Source: Felis catus
Lineage: Eukaryota
Direction of reading: 5' to 3'
DNA: 64,000 nt
Assembly (NCBI RefSeq): GCF_018350175.1
Contig: NC_058368.1
Coordinates: 219,482,001 to 219,546,000, forward strand
Shown: piece after piece, positions 12,285 through 24,613 of the stretch
Numbering within the stretch: position 1 is the first letter of the stretch
How the letters are laid out: every line of letters begins with the position of its first letter
Made by a program: the position numbers and the translations under genes
Notes under the pieces: model-generated
What the model was told of the DNA's origin: nothing
The model's database searches: none
Seen by the model: the letters and a program-made list of their open reading frames with translations, nothing else

Positions 12285-12730
12285 TTGATACTGGTGACTC
12301 AGTCGATTAACTATCTGACTCTTTTTTTGTTTGGGGGGCTGCAAAACTGGGGCAGGGGCAGCGAGGGGGACAGAGGATCTGAAGGCTATGTGCCGACAGG
12401 CTGACAGTAAGGAGCTGATGTGGGGCTCAGACTCATGAACCACGAGATCATGACCTGAGCCAAAGTCTGACGCTCAACCAACTGAGCCACTCAGGTATCC
12501 CAAGTGTCTGACTCTTGATTTCAGTTCAGGACTCGTCTTGTGGCTCATGGGTTCAAGCCCCATGCCGGGCTCTGTGCTGACAGTAATACTATTTTTTTTT
12601 AAGTTTATTTATTTTATTTTGAAAGAGAGCATGCATGAGCAGAGGAGGGGCAGAGAGAGGGAGAGACAGAATCCCAAGAAGGCTCTGCACTGTCATCACG
12701 GAGCCGGACATGGGGCTCTAACCCATATGT
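12285..12730. mobile_element. Cluster of three nested or abutting SINECs (+ host, - insert, - truncated)
   Basis: The + SINE is split by a - SINE (~12324-12501) with duplicated tctgactctt; a third, - strand SINE spans ~12590-12727. Confidence 0.8.
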
Positions 12731-12739
12731 TTGTGCTAA

Positions 12740-13002
12740 GGCCAGGTGTAATTTCTCCCTTAGGCACAGTAGGCCCAGAGCTTAAGGTCCCCCTTACTTT
12801 GGGGGGGTGACCAAAACATGAAGGTGTTTTTATTTCTTTTAAAATCAGAGCCAAAAAGTAAACTTTTATATCAAAGACAATTCTTTAATATGTAATATTA
12901 ATATGTGTCCTTATATGAATGCCATTGTAAAATATGTTTGCTGTTATGTTTTATGGAGGAAAAAGTCCTCAAGGGGCCCATGGAAGTCATAAGACCAACC
13001 TG
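12740..13002. mobile_element. MER53-like hAT non-autonomous DNA transposon
   Basis: ttaggcacagtaggcccagagcttaaggtccc...ggggcccatggaagtcataagaccaacctg resembles the remembered MER53 ends. Confidence 0.55.
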
Positions 13003-16000
13003 GCTAAGATAGAGAAGGCTGTGGCTGAAGAATTAGATGGCTTGGACTCTGCATTATAACAGGCCTGGACCTAAGTTTAGGTTTGAGCTTAGACATCTTA
13101 AGAAATTATGTCATACAATAAAAATGAAATGATTCCATTTTATCATGCTCGTTTTTTTGTACATGAGCTTTGTACAGTCGTTTCCCTGTTTGTGACCCAT
13201 TGCATATTCATGATCCGTCATTCCAATTCATGGAAAACAATTCCATCCCACTATGTGGCCAGAACTCAGTTTAACCACTGCACATGCTTGCATACAATAA
13301 TGCACAAGTGTTCACAAGATTGCACTCTGTCTCCTCTTCCCTGTGTGTCATCTACGATATGATTTCCTGCAAAAAGATTTCTCAGAGCTTCCATGTTTGC
13401 ATTCGGGGCTCTTTTCACCCATCAACACTGTTAATTCTTAGATAGTGAGAATCGTTTCAGCTTTGTTCACATTTGACAGCCTCCACAGAGTAGAATGTAT
13501 GGCACACAGTGCTCCATGAACGTTGCTGAGAGAACAATCCTGAGCCTCAGTGACTGCATCGACACAGTGAAAATTCTAAACACAGTCCATTGAAATGTGT
13601 GGGAAAAAAATACATCCACAAGCAAATATTGGTACACCTAGTGCATTGGGATGCTTATTATAATATAGCTTAATATTTTAAGTATCTACAAAACTCACAC
13701 TATGTCTTAGAGTGCATACTTAAGCATCGATACCTTTAAGACTTAAAAACATGAATAAGTATTAGAAAATAAAGAAATAAACCTTTTATTGTCTTTTTAG
13801 TTCAGTTTGAAATATATGATGAAAGTACTATTTAACATTGAGCCAAGCATTATGAAAAATAGAAAATAAATTACAATCTAGTCCCTTTCTGCCCCCAAGA
13901 AAATGAAATTTAACGCAACACTATTCCAATTTTATATTTCAGCTACAGATGCATAATTTAGGAGTTAATCCTTTTTTATGTAATGGGCCTCCATAATAGA
14001 GATAAGATAGGCTATCTACAAATGGGCTTTCTTAGTATTGTGCAAATATTGAAGCATAATTAGAATTAAAAGTTAGTGCTGATAAAAGTGTCTGCTTCTT
14101 TTATTTAAGCCTGACCATCTCATAAATGCATGCCAAAAAGATCTAATGATGACTGTGCTAATCCACATGTAATCCACTATATTTATAAATTAAGTATATC
14201 TTTATGACCGATAATATATTTCCACGTTTGTACCTTTGAATAATTTTACAAATTAATGTCATGTCTCTTTGCACTTTTAGGTTTACCGGCAAGAACACAG
14301 ATTGCTGTATAGTAAATCCCGATTTAGTGCATATACTACACATTCACATGGTAGGACACTCTGAAGTGTGTTGTGATTATTTGCATGCTATTTATTCGTA
14401 CATGCACAGGTCTTCACATAAGTAACTTTGAAAGGAAATGATCTTTAAGGGGTTTTTCCTTCTAGCTATAGAAGTTTTTCCTTGATGTTCTTCCAAGAAT
14501 GCATTAAATGAGGAATGACACCCTACCTTGGTAAGGAATTCCTAATAAAATTCTCGAGCTCTTTCTCCCCATCTCTTCATTCATTGCTTTTCAGAAGCAG
14601 TTTAAGCCCTGGATCAAAGAAAATTGGGTACCAGATGGGTTTTATCCTAACATCTTTAAGTTACCCTGAGAGCATTCTTGCTACCAATTTCCACACAGTG
14701 AAATAAATCCTAGCTACAGTAGAATGAGACTTCCAGGAAGCAGCAGGTGTAATGTCACAGCTGTATTAGCACTGCTAACTTGATCGAGGATCACGTTACA
14801 TCTGGGACTGTCACAGTCGCTACTGAAGTTACAAAGGCTGCTGAGAGTGAAGCAAAAACTCTTGGGTGCTATTCTTTAGCTTATTAGTGGGAATCTTAGA
14901 GAAAATGGCCACACTAACTTATGTGTCTCACCAATGCTTCTCTTTACTCCTGCCACATGCTTTTTCGACCCACTGCACCCCGTTTTTGTGTGCTTTGTCT
15001 GTTTTTGCTAATTATCATGTTAAAATGTTAGATGTGGCTTAGCTGGAGAAGTATATTACTGGTTTGCATGCAGGTCACATTCTGGGGAAATAAAATTAAT
15101 TTCAAAGGGCTTTGCTTAGAGGGAAATTTTAATCTGAGAAGAATAACAAGGATCGGAGCTTCTTGGAATTCTGTCTGCATTTGTAACATTCCTAGCAATG
15201 TTTGATAACTTATCTGATACTTTGTGTTACATATTTCATTTAAAAATCATATATTGATTTCCTATTTGACTGATGTTTTATGTGAGTTCTGTGATGTTGT
15301 ATATAAACAAGATATGAGCCTAAAATGGTACAAATGGTCGTTGATGCCATGTTTGTACATTTTAGAAAAATAAATCGTTTCCTTCTCATTGAAATATTTT
15401 AGAATAATAATATTCAATTCCAAAAATATTTATTGAATATTTTGTGCAATCCATTTATGTGTAACTTTTGATTCAAGACATAAAACCATGCTTTAAACCT
15501 ACAATCTAAACAGAGATACATATGCAAACACATACTTAAAATAGAGTGATAAATGTTCAATTTAGAATTATATATTTCCTATGACATTAGAGCACAGTAG
15601 GTAATGTGTAATGAATGCTTGGAAAATAGGATTAAGCATATGGACTCATATTATTTGAGTCCTAAGTGTAGGGCTTTGATTCAGTTATTTCACATAGTGC
15701 TTTTTACTAGATGCATAAAATGGTATCAGATGCATAAAAAGGAAGTATTTAGTATGCGCTGGCTCACTTAAATTGTATAAACATACCTGAAAAATGTTCT
15801 TTTCTTTCTCAATGTTGAAATTTCATTAGGCTGTATTGATGCTATAAACCTCTAAAAGGATTAAAATTATTCATCCATAGAGCCTTGGATTGGGTCTTAA
15901 TAATCTTCAGGATTTTCTATTGTTATAAATGGCAAAATTAAAGAAAATTTAGGAAAATGGTACATTAAAATCTTAACATAATCAGCTGACTGAAGAATGA

Positions 16001-16509
16001 CTAATTCCTTTTATTAACCAAGGATGGATTACAGCTTAATGGATCATCTGTGATGTGTAGAGACCTAATTAATTATTGAGATGAGTCAAAATGTCTATTA
16101 TATTTTGTGATCTGCCATTCTCTGCTTACACATATAAATAAAATTAATATGTTTTAGAGAAAAATGGTTTTGATAAATATTTTAGAAGAATAATGAAAAC
16201 TCTGTGATTGTAAAAATGAAATGAAATCCAAACATTTGAAAACGTAAATCTAAAGGAAAACAGAGTTTGTAGCGTGATCAGAATAATTGCTGTAGTGTAC
16301 TGACTTTAATCAAACAGATCTTTCAGATTAAAAAAAATTCTGGAATAAACTTGATTATTTGGAAATAATCATTATCTTCCCGCAATAACCACCTTATATT
16401 TGATTTTCCTGAAAGTGTAACAGGACACATACCTGAGCTGTGAGTCATTAAACAGGGGAAAGTCATAAACACATTCTGAAGATGACTTAGGTTTAGAGAG
16501 TCCTTCGAT

Positions 16510-16670
16510 TTTTCTATTCAAAGTGTGTAGGCCAGCCTCATTGGCCTTACAGGGGAGCTTGTTAGATGTGTGGAGTATTGTGCCCCCCCCCAAACCCACT
16601 AAATGAGAACACTGACTTCTAACAGGAGCCCCAGGAGATGTAAATGTACATTAAGGTTTGCAAAGCACTG
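16510..16670. mobile_element. MER5-like hAT-Charlie MITE
   Basis: tcaaagtgtg...ggggagcttgttaga...ttctaacaggagccccaggagat...taaggtttgcaaagcactg. Confidence 0.7.
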
Positions 16671-17044
16671 GTCTAAAGGAATTGTGGGAATGCAGAATGA
16701 ATGCTCAGCTATGGTTCAATGATTCTTGTGATACTCATGTGAAATTATTTTTGAGATTAAAATACGTTACTGGGGTTTTGAAAGGGCTTCTTGAAAATAA
16801 ATTTATTAACTGGAAATAAAATTATATAATTTCATTAATTTTTAGCATTTTCATGGCAAGAAATAGTTTAACTTTGGTCTCAGCCCATTTGATTCCTTCT
16901 AATTATAGTTCCGTTTACAAGTATAGCTCCCTTAAGTGATATTTTCATATTCTAAACTTTAGCCTTTATTTTTCACCAGAAATAACCCAACCGATTCAGA
17001 AAGACTTTTTTAAAACATATTTTTTACTTAATTCAAGAAATGTT

Positions 17045-17184
17045 GGAGTGCCTAGTTGGGCTCAATTGGTTAAGCATCTGACTTGATTTCAGCTCAGGTC
17101 ATGATCTCATGGTTTTGGGGATCAGGCATCATGTCTCTCTCTCTCTCTCTCTCACTATCTGCCCCTCCCCCACTTGTATGTGAG

Positions 17185-17242
<58 letters not shown>

Positions 17243-17267
17243 AATGCATCAATAAACTTAAAAAAAA
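17045..17267 (+). mobile_element. SINEC with expanded (CT)n
   Basis: SINEC head, (CT)n and A-tail; TSD aagaaatgtt. Confidence 0.9.
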
Positions 17268-17655
17268 AAGAAATGTTTACTTACACACCTATATATACAC
17301 AGTAACAATTCACTAGTGAGGGAAATTCAATAAAGTATAAATACCTAGACAAGATTCAGAATTATGTATTAGTGAGGGAGTAGTTTATGTACATAAAAAG
17401 TTACATATCAGGCTTGAAACTAAATAACCAATCAGAAATAATGTAAAAAAATATATTTTTTAAAATATCACTTGGTTCCATGTTATTATCCTGGTAGTTA
17501 GATATATTTAAAATTTTTAATTGATTTGGGTCAGGGTGAAATGGTTTTTGGAAAATTAATTTAGCTAGTACCCCGCAGGATATATTTTAAGTAAAAAAAA
17601 TGAAGGTTAAGGAAACCATTTTTTGCATGAAATGATAACATAAAATAGTGTGTTG

Positions 17656-17922
17656 GTTCACTTGCTCTCTGCCTCTCTCAAAAAATAAAAAAAAATAAAA
17701 AAAAAACATAAGGGTTCCTGGGTGGCTGAGTTGGTTAAGAGTCAACTCTTAATTTTGACTTAGGATTCCGGTCATGATCTCAGGGTTGTGAGACCCAGCC
17801 CTACATCAGGCTCCCTGCTGAGTGTGGAAACTGCTTAAGATTCCTTCTGTCCCTCTTCCCTTCCCCTGCTCACTTTCACTCTTTCTCTTTCTCTTTCATA
17901 AAAAAATAAATAAATAAATAAG
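17656..17922 (+). mobile_element. SINEC 3' stub plus a complete SINEC inside one TSD
   Basis: TSD taaaatagtgtgttg at 17641-17655 and 17923-17937. Confidence 0.85.
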
Positions 17923-18244
17923 TAAAATAGTGTGTTGTCACATACAATAGGAAGAAAAAAAAAAAAAGATGACCACTATGAAGAAAACAAAAACACGGGT
18001 ATATATTGACAGACTATGTTGGAGATGGGCTTGAATTAATGGAAGTGTCAAAGAGTTTCCACATTTTGAGTTTAGTGAAAGAATATTTATTTGTGGTATT
18101 TATAATGAAAGAGCAATATTTTGAAAAGTCTAAAACTGGGTTTCTAGCTGCATAGACCACACCCAGGAAGAATTTACATGGGACAAATTAACTGTTGGTT
18201 TGTTTCATACAATTCCCTATTTTTATTTTATGTGTGTGCTTATG

Positions 18245-19545
18245 AATTGTTTATTTTTTGCAGCATTTTTAGGTTTCCAAGAAATTTAAGAGGAAGGAAC
18301 AGAGATTTCTAATATATCCACTGCCCCCCCCCCATACATAGCCTCTCCCATTAACATTGCTTACCAGAATGGTATATTTTCTTACCAAGGAATAACCTAT
18401 ATTGATGCATCACAATTGCTCAAAGTCCATAGTTTACCTTATGGTTCACTCTTGGTGTTATACATTCTATGGGTTTAGACAAATATATAAGGTGGATGTG
18501 TAAGGTTTTGGAGGATTCTACTGGTATATCTTCCTGATCAAAGATGCTTTTCTCAGCCATGTCCAGTCTACTAATGAGCCTAATCATTTATGTGACAGTG
18601 TTCTTTATTTCTTGCATTTCTTTGTAGTTCTTTCTTAGGATTTCATCTCTTTACTTATGTTTACTTATGACCACAGTTACTTTAAATTCCAAGCCTGATC
18701 ATTCCAACATTCCTGCCATGTCTGATTCTGATGCTTGCTGAGTCTCTCCAGTTTGTTTGTTTTTTGCCTTTTGGTATCCCTTGTAATTTTTTTCTTGATA
18801 GCTGGATATATTGTACTGGAAATGCAACTGCTGTAAATGGTCCTGTAGTAATGGGATGTTTAAGTGTGGGGCGGGGGAAGCGTTCTATAGCCTCTGATTA
18901 GTAACTGTCTTTTAGTGAACCTATGCCCTTATACTGTGAACTTCACAAGCATTTCTCATTTTTTTCCCTCTGTAGGAGAAACCTGAAGGTTATATGGGAT
19001 TGAATTCTGTATTTCCCTTCCCTCAGGTCAGTTAGGCTTTGATAATACTCCAAGTTAGGCTCTGGTTAACTAGTTTCCCTGAGGGCAGACCTTGTTAGGA
19101 ACACAGTGTTCTGAGGCATTTCAAAATATTTCCTTCCCCGTTGAAAGCATATGGGGATTTTTATGACATTTTACTGTAGGAAACTGGTGAGTCCCCCACA
19201 GGTAAATCGCCAAGTATTGAGGAGCACCTCCCCAAACAGCATGGCTGTGTCTCCTGGAGTTAATTTTGAGAGTTGTGTGCACTAAGCCTCCATTAATTTG
19301 TCAATTATAGTTCAGTTTTCCTCTACCATTACTGGTTCTAAGATAGTTTCTGCTCCTGAGTCTCTGCTGGTAAGCCTTGTTTCCTTCTATTCACATGTCT
19401 CTCTCTCCAATCTTGGGAGCAGTAGTTTGCCCAGAGTCCTTCTGTCTCTTATGGATCCAAGAAGAATTGCTGGTTTTTTAATCTGTTCAAGTTTGTGTTG
19501 TGTTAGCTTGGAGTGGTAATTTCAAGCTCCTTACATGTGAAACCA
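18245..19545 (-). mobile_element. Old L1MC/MD-type element: 5'UTR and ORF1 start joined directly to the terminal 3'UTR
   Basis: 18505-19545 aligns by eye with 58505-59665; 18245-18490 aligns with 45270-45490. Confidence 0.7.
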
Positions 19546-19789
19546 AAAAATATCATTCTTTTGTATTGTTTAGTAACATTGCATTGTACAGATATACTCT
19601 AATTTGTTTATCCATTCACCTGTAACATTTGGCTTGTTTCCAGGTTTTTTCTCTTATCCATAAACTTCTGTAAACATTCATATACAACATTTAAATGAGC
19701 ATATACTTTCATCCCTCTTTTATAAATACCTGGGAGCAGAAGACTGGATTATATTGTAGATGTACTTTTACTGTTTTAAGCATCTACCA

Positions 19790-20240
19790 ATCCTATTGCT
19801 ACTATAACAACTTACCACAAACCAAGTGACTTAGGACAACATAGATTTATGTTGTTACATATCTAGAAGTCAAAGTCTAAAATCAAGGTGTCGAGGGGCC
19901 ATGTTCCATCTGGAAGCCACAGGGGAGAATCCACTGCTTTCCTTTTATAGTTTCTAAGCTTCCTGCGTGCTGGCTGCTGCCCTCTTGCTCAGGGCACTCA
20001 GACCCCTTGCTTCTGTGATCTTATCTCTTACTATTCTCTCTGATCCTCCTGCCTTCTTCCTACAAGGATCCTTATGATTACAATGATCCCACTTAAATAA
20101 TCCAAAATACTCTCTTGAAATCTCTACAATTGTTCAATTAATAACATCTGCAAGGTCCCTTTTACATATTTACAGATTCCACAGGTACCAGGGATTAGAA
20201 TGTGAATGTCTTTGAGGTGTCATTATTTCAGTCTACCACA
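19790..20240 (-). mobile_element. MaLR (MLT1-family) solo LTR inside an old L1M
   Basis: cctattgctactataacaacttaccacaaa...ctagaagtcaaagtctaaaatcaaggtgtc...cattatttcagtctaccaca. Confidence 0.75.
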
Positions 20241-20335
20241 TTATCTTCCAAGGAGATTATATAACTACATTCCCATTAATAGTGTAGAATTGTTCTAGTT
20301 CCTCCACATTCTCACTAATACTTGGTAATAGTCAC

Positions 20336-20336
20336 T

Positions 20337-20375
<39 letters not shown>

Positions 20376-20540
20376 TTGAAAGAGTGTGTGAGCAAGCAGG
20401 GGAGGGGCAGTGGGAGAAAAAGAGAAAAAAGAGAGAGAGAATCTTAAGCAGCGCTGAGATTCCACCTTAAGACATGAGATCATAACCTGAGCTGAAATCA
20501 AGAATTGGACACTTAACCGAATAAGCCACCTACGTGCCCC
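20336..20540 (-). mobile_element. SINEC with (TTTA)n tail
   Basis: Antisense SINEC head (ttaaccga..agccacc...tgcccc) and (TTTA)n. Confidence 0.85.
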
Positions 20541-20919
20541 AATAGTTAGTCATTTTAATTTGCATTTCTCAGATAACGAACAACGTTGGACACCTTTTCA
20601 TGTACATTTTTGCTTTCTATAGGTAAAAATGTTGGTTCAAATACTTTCCCCATTTTTTATTGGACTTTATGCTTTTTGATTTTTGGATTTTGAGCATCCT
20701 TTGTATATTCTAGATATGTCTATAACCAAATATAATGTTATTATATATTGTTGGCTTGTCTTTTTTTAAATATATTTAAACATATTTTAATGATTTAAAA
20801 TCCTTATTAAGTAATGAATTTAACAGTGTTCAAGCTCATCAAGTTGTATAAATTAAACATGAACAGATTTTTGTATCTCAATCATATCTCAATAAAGTGG
20901 TTTAGAAAGAAAAATAACA

Positions 20920-21890
20920 ACAAAATATGAAAATATTAGGGTAATATTTGATAAAAAGTAAGCAAGATCTGTACACTGAAATCTCTAAAACATTACTGAG
21001 ATGAACTCACTGATGTAGAGATATATAGGGTTTTTAGGTCAGAAGAGTCAATGTTGCTGTGATGGCCATTTTCCCCAAATTTATCTAAAGATTCAATGCA
21101 ATCCCAGTCAAATCCCCACAGGCTTTTATATAGAAATTTCAAGGTAATTATAAAATTTAAATATAAAATGCAAATGTAGACATATATAGACACACATATG
21201 TAGACAAACTGATTTTTGACAAAAGCACGGAGGCAATACAGAGGAGAAAGAATGGACTTTTCAACAAATGGAGCTTGGGAAACTAGATATTCATATGCAA
21301 AACAAAGAACTTCAATTCATATCTCACACTATATACAAAACTTGATTCAAGTTGGATCATAGACCTAAGTGTTAGAACTAAGACAATAAACCTTTGAAAA
21401 GAAGACATGAGATGAATCTTCTTGATCTTAAGTTAGGCATAGATTTTAAGTTTATTCATTTATTTGAGAGAAAGAGAGAGAAAGAGAATGAGAGAAAGCA
21501 CAAGCAGGGGAGGGACAGATGAAATATTGAACTAAGTTGAAATCAAGAGTCAGATGCTTAGCTGACTGAGCCACCCAGGTGTCCCCAAAGATTTTTAGAT
21601 ATGGGACCAAAAGCCCAGTCGAATAAAGGAAAAAAATCATAAATCAAAATAATCAAAATTTAAAACTTTTGGGAGCACCTGGGTGGTTAAGCATCAGACA
21701 TCAGCTCAGGTCATGATTTTGTGGTCTGTGAGTTTGAGCCCCACATCAGGCTCTGTGATGACAGCTCAGAGCCTGGAGCCTGCTTGGGATTCTGTGTGTC
21801 CCTCTCTGCCCCTTCCCTGCTTGCTCTCTGACTCTTTCTCTCAAAAATAAATTTAAAAAATCATTAAAAAAGTTTAAAACTTTTGCTTTT
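20920..21890 (+). mobile_element. Old L1M ORF2 fragment interrupted by two SINECs (- ~21447-21586, internally deleted; + 21671-21870)
   Basis: caagatctgtacactgaaa...caatgcaatcccagtcaaaatccc...ttttcaacaaatgg; SINE TSDs agatttt and tttaaaacttttg. Confidence 0.75.
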
Positions 21891-22984
21891 AAAAATTTTA
21901 TTTAATCTTGTCATCATTTGAAATGGTTTATCAAATATTTAATTCATATAAAATATATTTTTTAACATATAGGAAACCAGAAAAATGATGAAAAAAAAAT
22001 TCCATGCGTAGGTAGAGCTCCAGTTATTTACTAGCAATTTTCACAGTTATCATCTCCACCTACTTATTCCCCAAAATATTGATGCTTAAACTTTTAAAAT
22101 TATAGATAGTTATAATTGCATTGAAAATGATTACCAATATATCTTACAGTTGCTGGAATATATTTTTAAAATGAAAAAAAGAGATGAAATGAGAATGTTG
22201 CTTCAATAAGTGTTAAAGCTTTCACAGAAAGTAGATAGAGTAAATTATACACACTGTCCTCTAATTTTTAGGAACAGTGAAAGTTTCTGGAAATATTATC
22301 TATCATGCCCTGTTACATAAAAAGACAAACATTGGTTTGGTAAATGTTCCTATTACTTAGAATCCAATCAATTTAAGTTTCTGTAATGTCAGTGCTTTGT
22401 AAGGTAAAATCATTTTATGTATCAGATAATTTCTATACTCCAAGTATAGCAATACATGATTTTTTAATACAGTTTACATCTGTCATTTTGAATGCTTCAC
22501 ATGCTGTAGAGAACTCCACTGTCATTTAATACACTCAAGGGAATACTGCTTCACCATTAATCTTATTTGTAAAACATGTTTGCATTAACTTTTAAATCTT
22601 CTTAATAAAAGAAAACCGAAAAGAATAAGCAGATTGCTAACAGATTATTGTGGATGAAAGCATAAATGTCAGTGTCAATGCTGGAGGACTTAGAATGCTT
22701 GCCATATTAGAGAAAAGGAACTCAATCCTTCGGTACCAAAACTACTTTTTTATAAGAAATGTTTTATCCTATTCTGAAATAAAATCCTTACCTAACAGGA
22801 AACAAAGAACAATCTATAGAGGAGATTTTAAAATAAAAACAAGATTGTGAGGATTAACAATAATATAAACAAAGAATAAAATAAAGTAATTATGATTTCA
22901 AAAATGTATTTCCATACATAAGTGTTGGAGCATAACTACATAGAAAGAGGAATGGCACTCAGATTTTTTAATCAACTTACAATA

Positions 22985-23560
22985 TATTCATTTATTCAAT
23001 TAAAATGTTTGTTGATCATCTGCTGTAAGAGTCTGTTATACAGTAGCAAAACAACCCATGGGATTACAGCAGGGAGACAGAATGCATCCCGAATAAAATA
23101 AAGCACTTATAGTATATGGGTATATATGGAATGTTAGGGGAGGATTCAAGAAAGACCTGAAGGAGGCAAGAAGTCTAACCAAGTGGACCTCTATGTGGAA
23201 AAACATTACAAATAGAAGGAAAAAGTAGAAAGTTCTAGTTTAGGAGAGGAGAATATGAAGTGTATTGCAAGGTGAAAGAAGAAGGACACTTTGGCTGGAA
23301 AGGAGTCCGTTTTGGGAGGTGACATGGGGGATTGGGGTAAAATATGAGGTCAGAGAAGTGACCAGTAGTCATGAGATCAAGTACAGAATTGTAGGTTTTT
23401 GTAAGGCACTGGGTTTTAATCAAAGTGAGAGGAGACTTCATGTGAGTTTTTTGTTCAGATAAGTGACCTAATCTGATTTATATTTAATAGGGTTACCTGG
23501 GTTGAGGAAGCAAGCAGAGGGAGGGAGGTGGAGAGCAGCCTGGAATCTATGGCCCTCCCT
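22985..23560 (-). mobile_element. L2 LINE fragment
   Basis: attcatttattcaat...tttgttga 3'-end signature followed by a purine-rich body (gtgacctaatctgatttatatttaat). Confidence 0.55.
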
Positions 23561-24218
23561 AGTCAGGCTGGGGCAGTGTGGAGTTCTAGACTCAGAACTT
23601 TTGTAGTGGGAGTACAGCTGACAATGTCATTCACTCCCTCTACACAGTAGTATGAATTATATTACAAATGGATCTACTTTAGTAGTGATTTTTTTCTACT
23701 TTAAGAGGGAAGAGAGAACTCTTCAGCTAAAGGCACTTCAAGTGTTTTATTTGTTCTTATATTGCTTTTACCTTTGAGCAGAATTAAATTGGAAGAAACT
23801 GCTGCTGTTTAAAAACATTCAAATATCATTGTATCGCACAACAGATGCATGTTTTCTGTAGCTTTAATTAAATCAATATTTTGTTTTCAGTTTTTTTAAT
23901 TTATGTTAAGTTACTCTGAAAAAATTGATGTGCAAAATTAACTTCATCCCTACTCCATACAGGGATCATAATTCCTGAAAACTGTTATAATCACAAAAGA
24001 AAAAAGAAACAAAGCTTAATATGCCCCTTCCTTAAAATTTGTCTGAAAGACATTATTTACCATGATCTTTTCATAATTTGCTGACATGTTACTAGACAAG
24101 CAATATCTTCCAAAAGTAATCATTATTTTATAAAACAGCAGGAAAGTAGGTATTTTGTTTGCTACTATTCTTTATCAATTTCATATTTAAGGTAACAGGT
24201 AACATTCATAATGTTTTC

Positions 24219-24382
24219 AACTGACTTTTTTTTATTTGTTTGTTCTTTTGTTTGAAGCTTTTGGAAACATGTCCAAAACATTGATGAGATGTTGGAAACC
24301 AGTTGAAACACAGTAAAATTCAACTCAATAAAACAGGACTGCTTTCTCTTCATCCACGTTGGAAATTTTCAAGAAGTGAACT
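24219..24382 (+). promoter_or_regulatory. CDH10: Predicted branch point, polypyrimidine tract, 3' splice site (AG 24256-24257) and ~125-nt 5'UTR part of the CDH10 exon
   Basis: CTGAC at 24221-24225, then a T-rich tract (24226-24253) and the first downstream AG at 24256-24257. Confidence 0.7.
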
Positions 24383-24613
24383 ATGACAATATACCAATTT
24401 TTGCTACTATTTCTACTCTGGGTATGCCTGCCACATTTCTGTTCTCCAGAGATAATGTTCAGAAGGACTCCTGTACCCCAGCAAAGAATTTTAGGTGCAC
24501 GTGTACCTAGGAGTGATGGCAAAATTCTGCATCGTCAAAAACGTGGGTGGATGTGGAATCAATTTTTCTTACTGGAGGAATACACAGGATCTGATTACCA
24601 ATATGTGGGCAAG
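24383..24613 (+). CDS. CDH10: Cadherin-10 (type II classical cadherin), first coding exon: signal peptide, propeptide, furin site and start of EC1 (77 codons, phase-0 donor)
   Basis: Translation [77 protein letters not shown] matches the CDH10 N-terminus as I recall it. RQKR furin site is followed by the type II GWxW motif. Strong donor AAG|GTAAGT at 24611-24619, so the ORF-track tail VSLH* is intronic. Confidence 0.97.
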
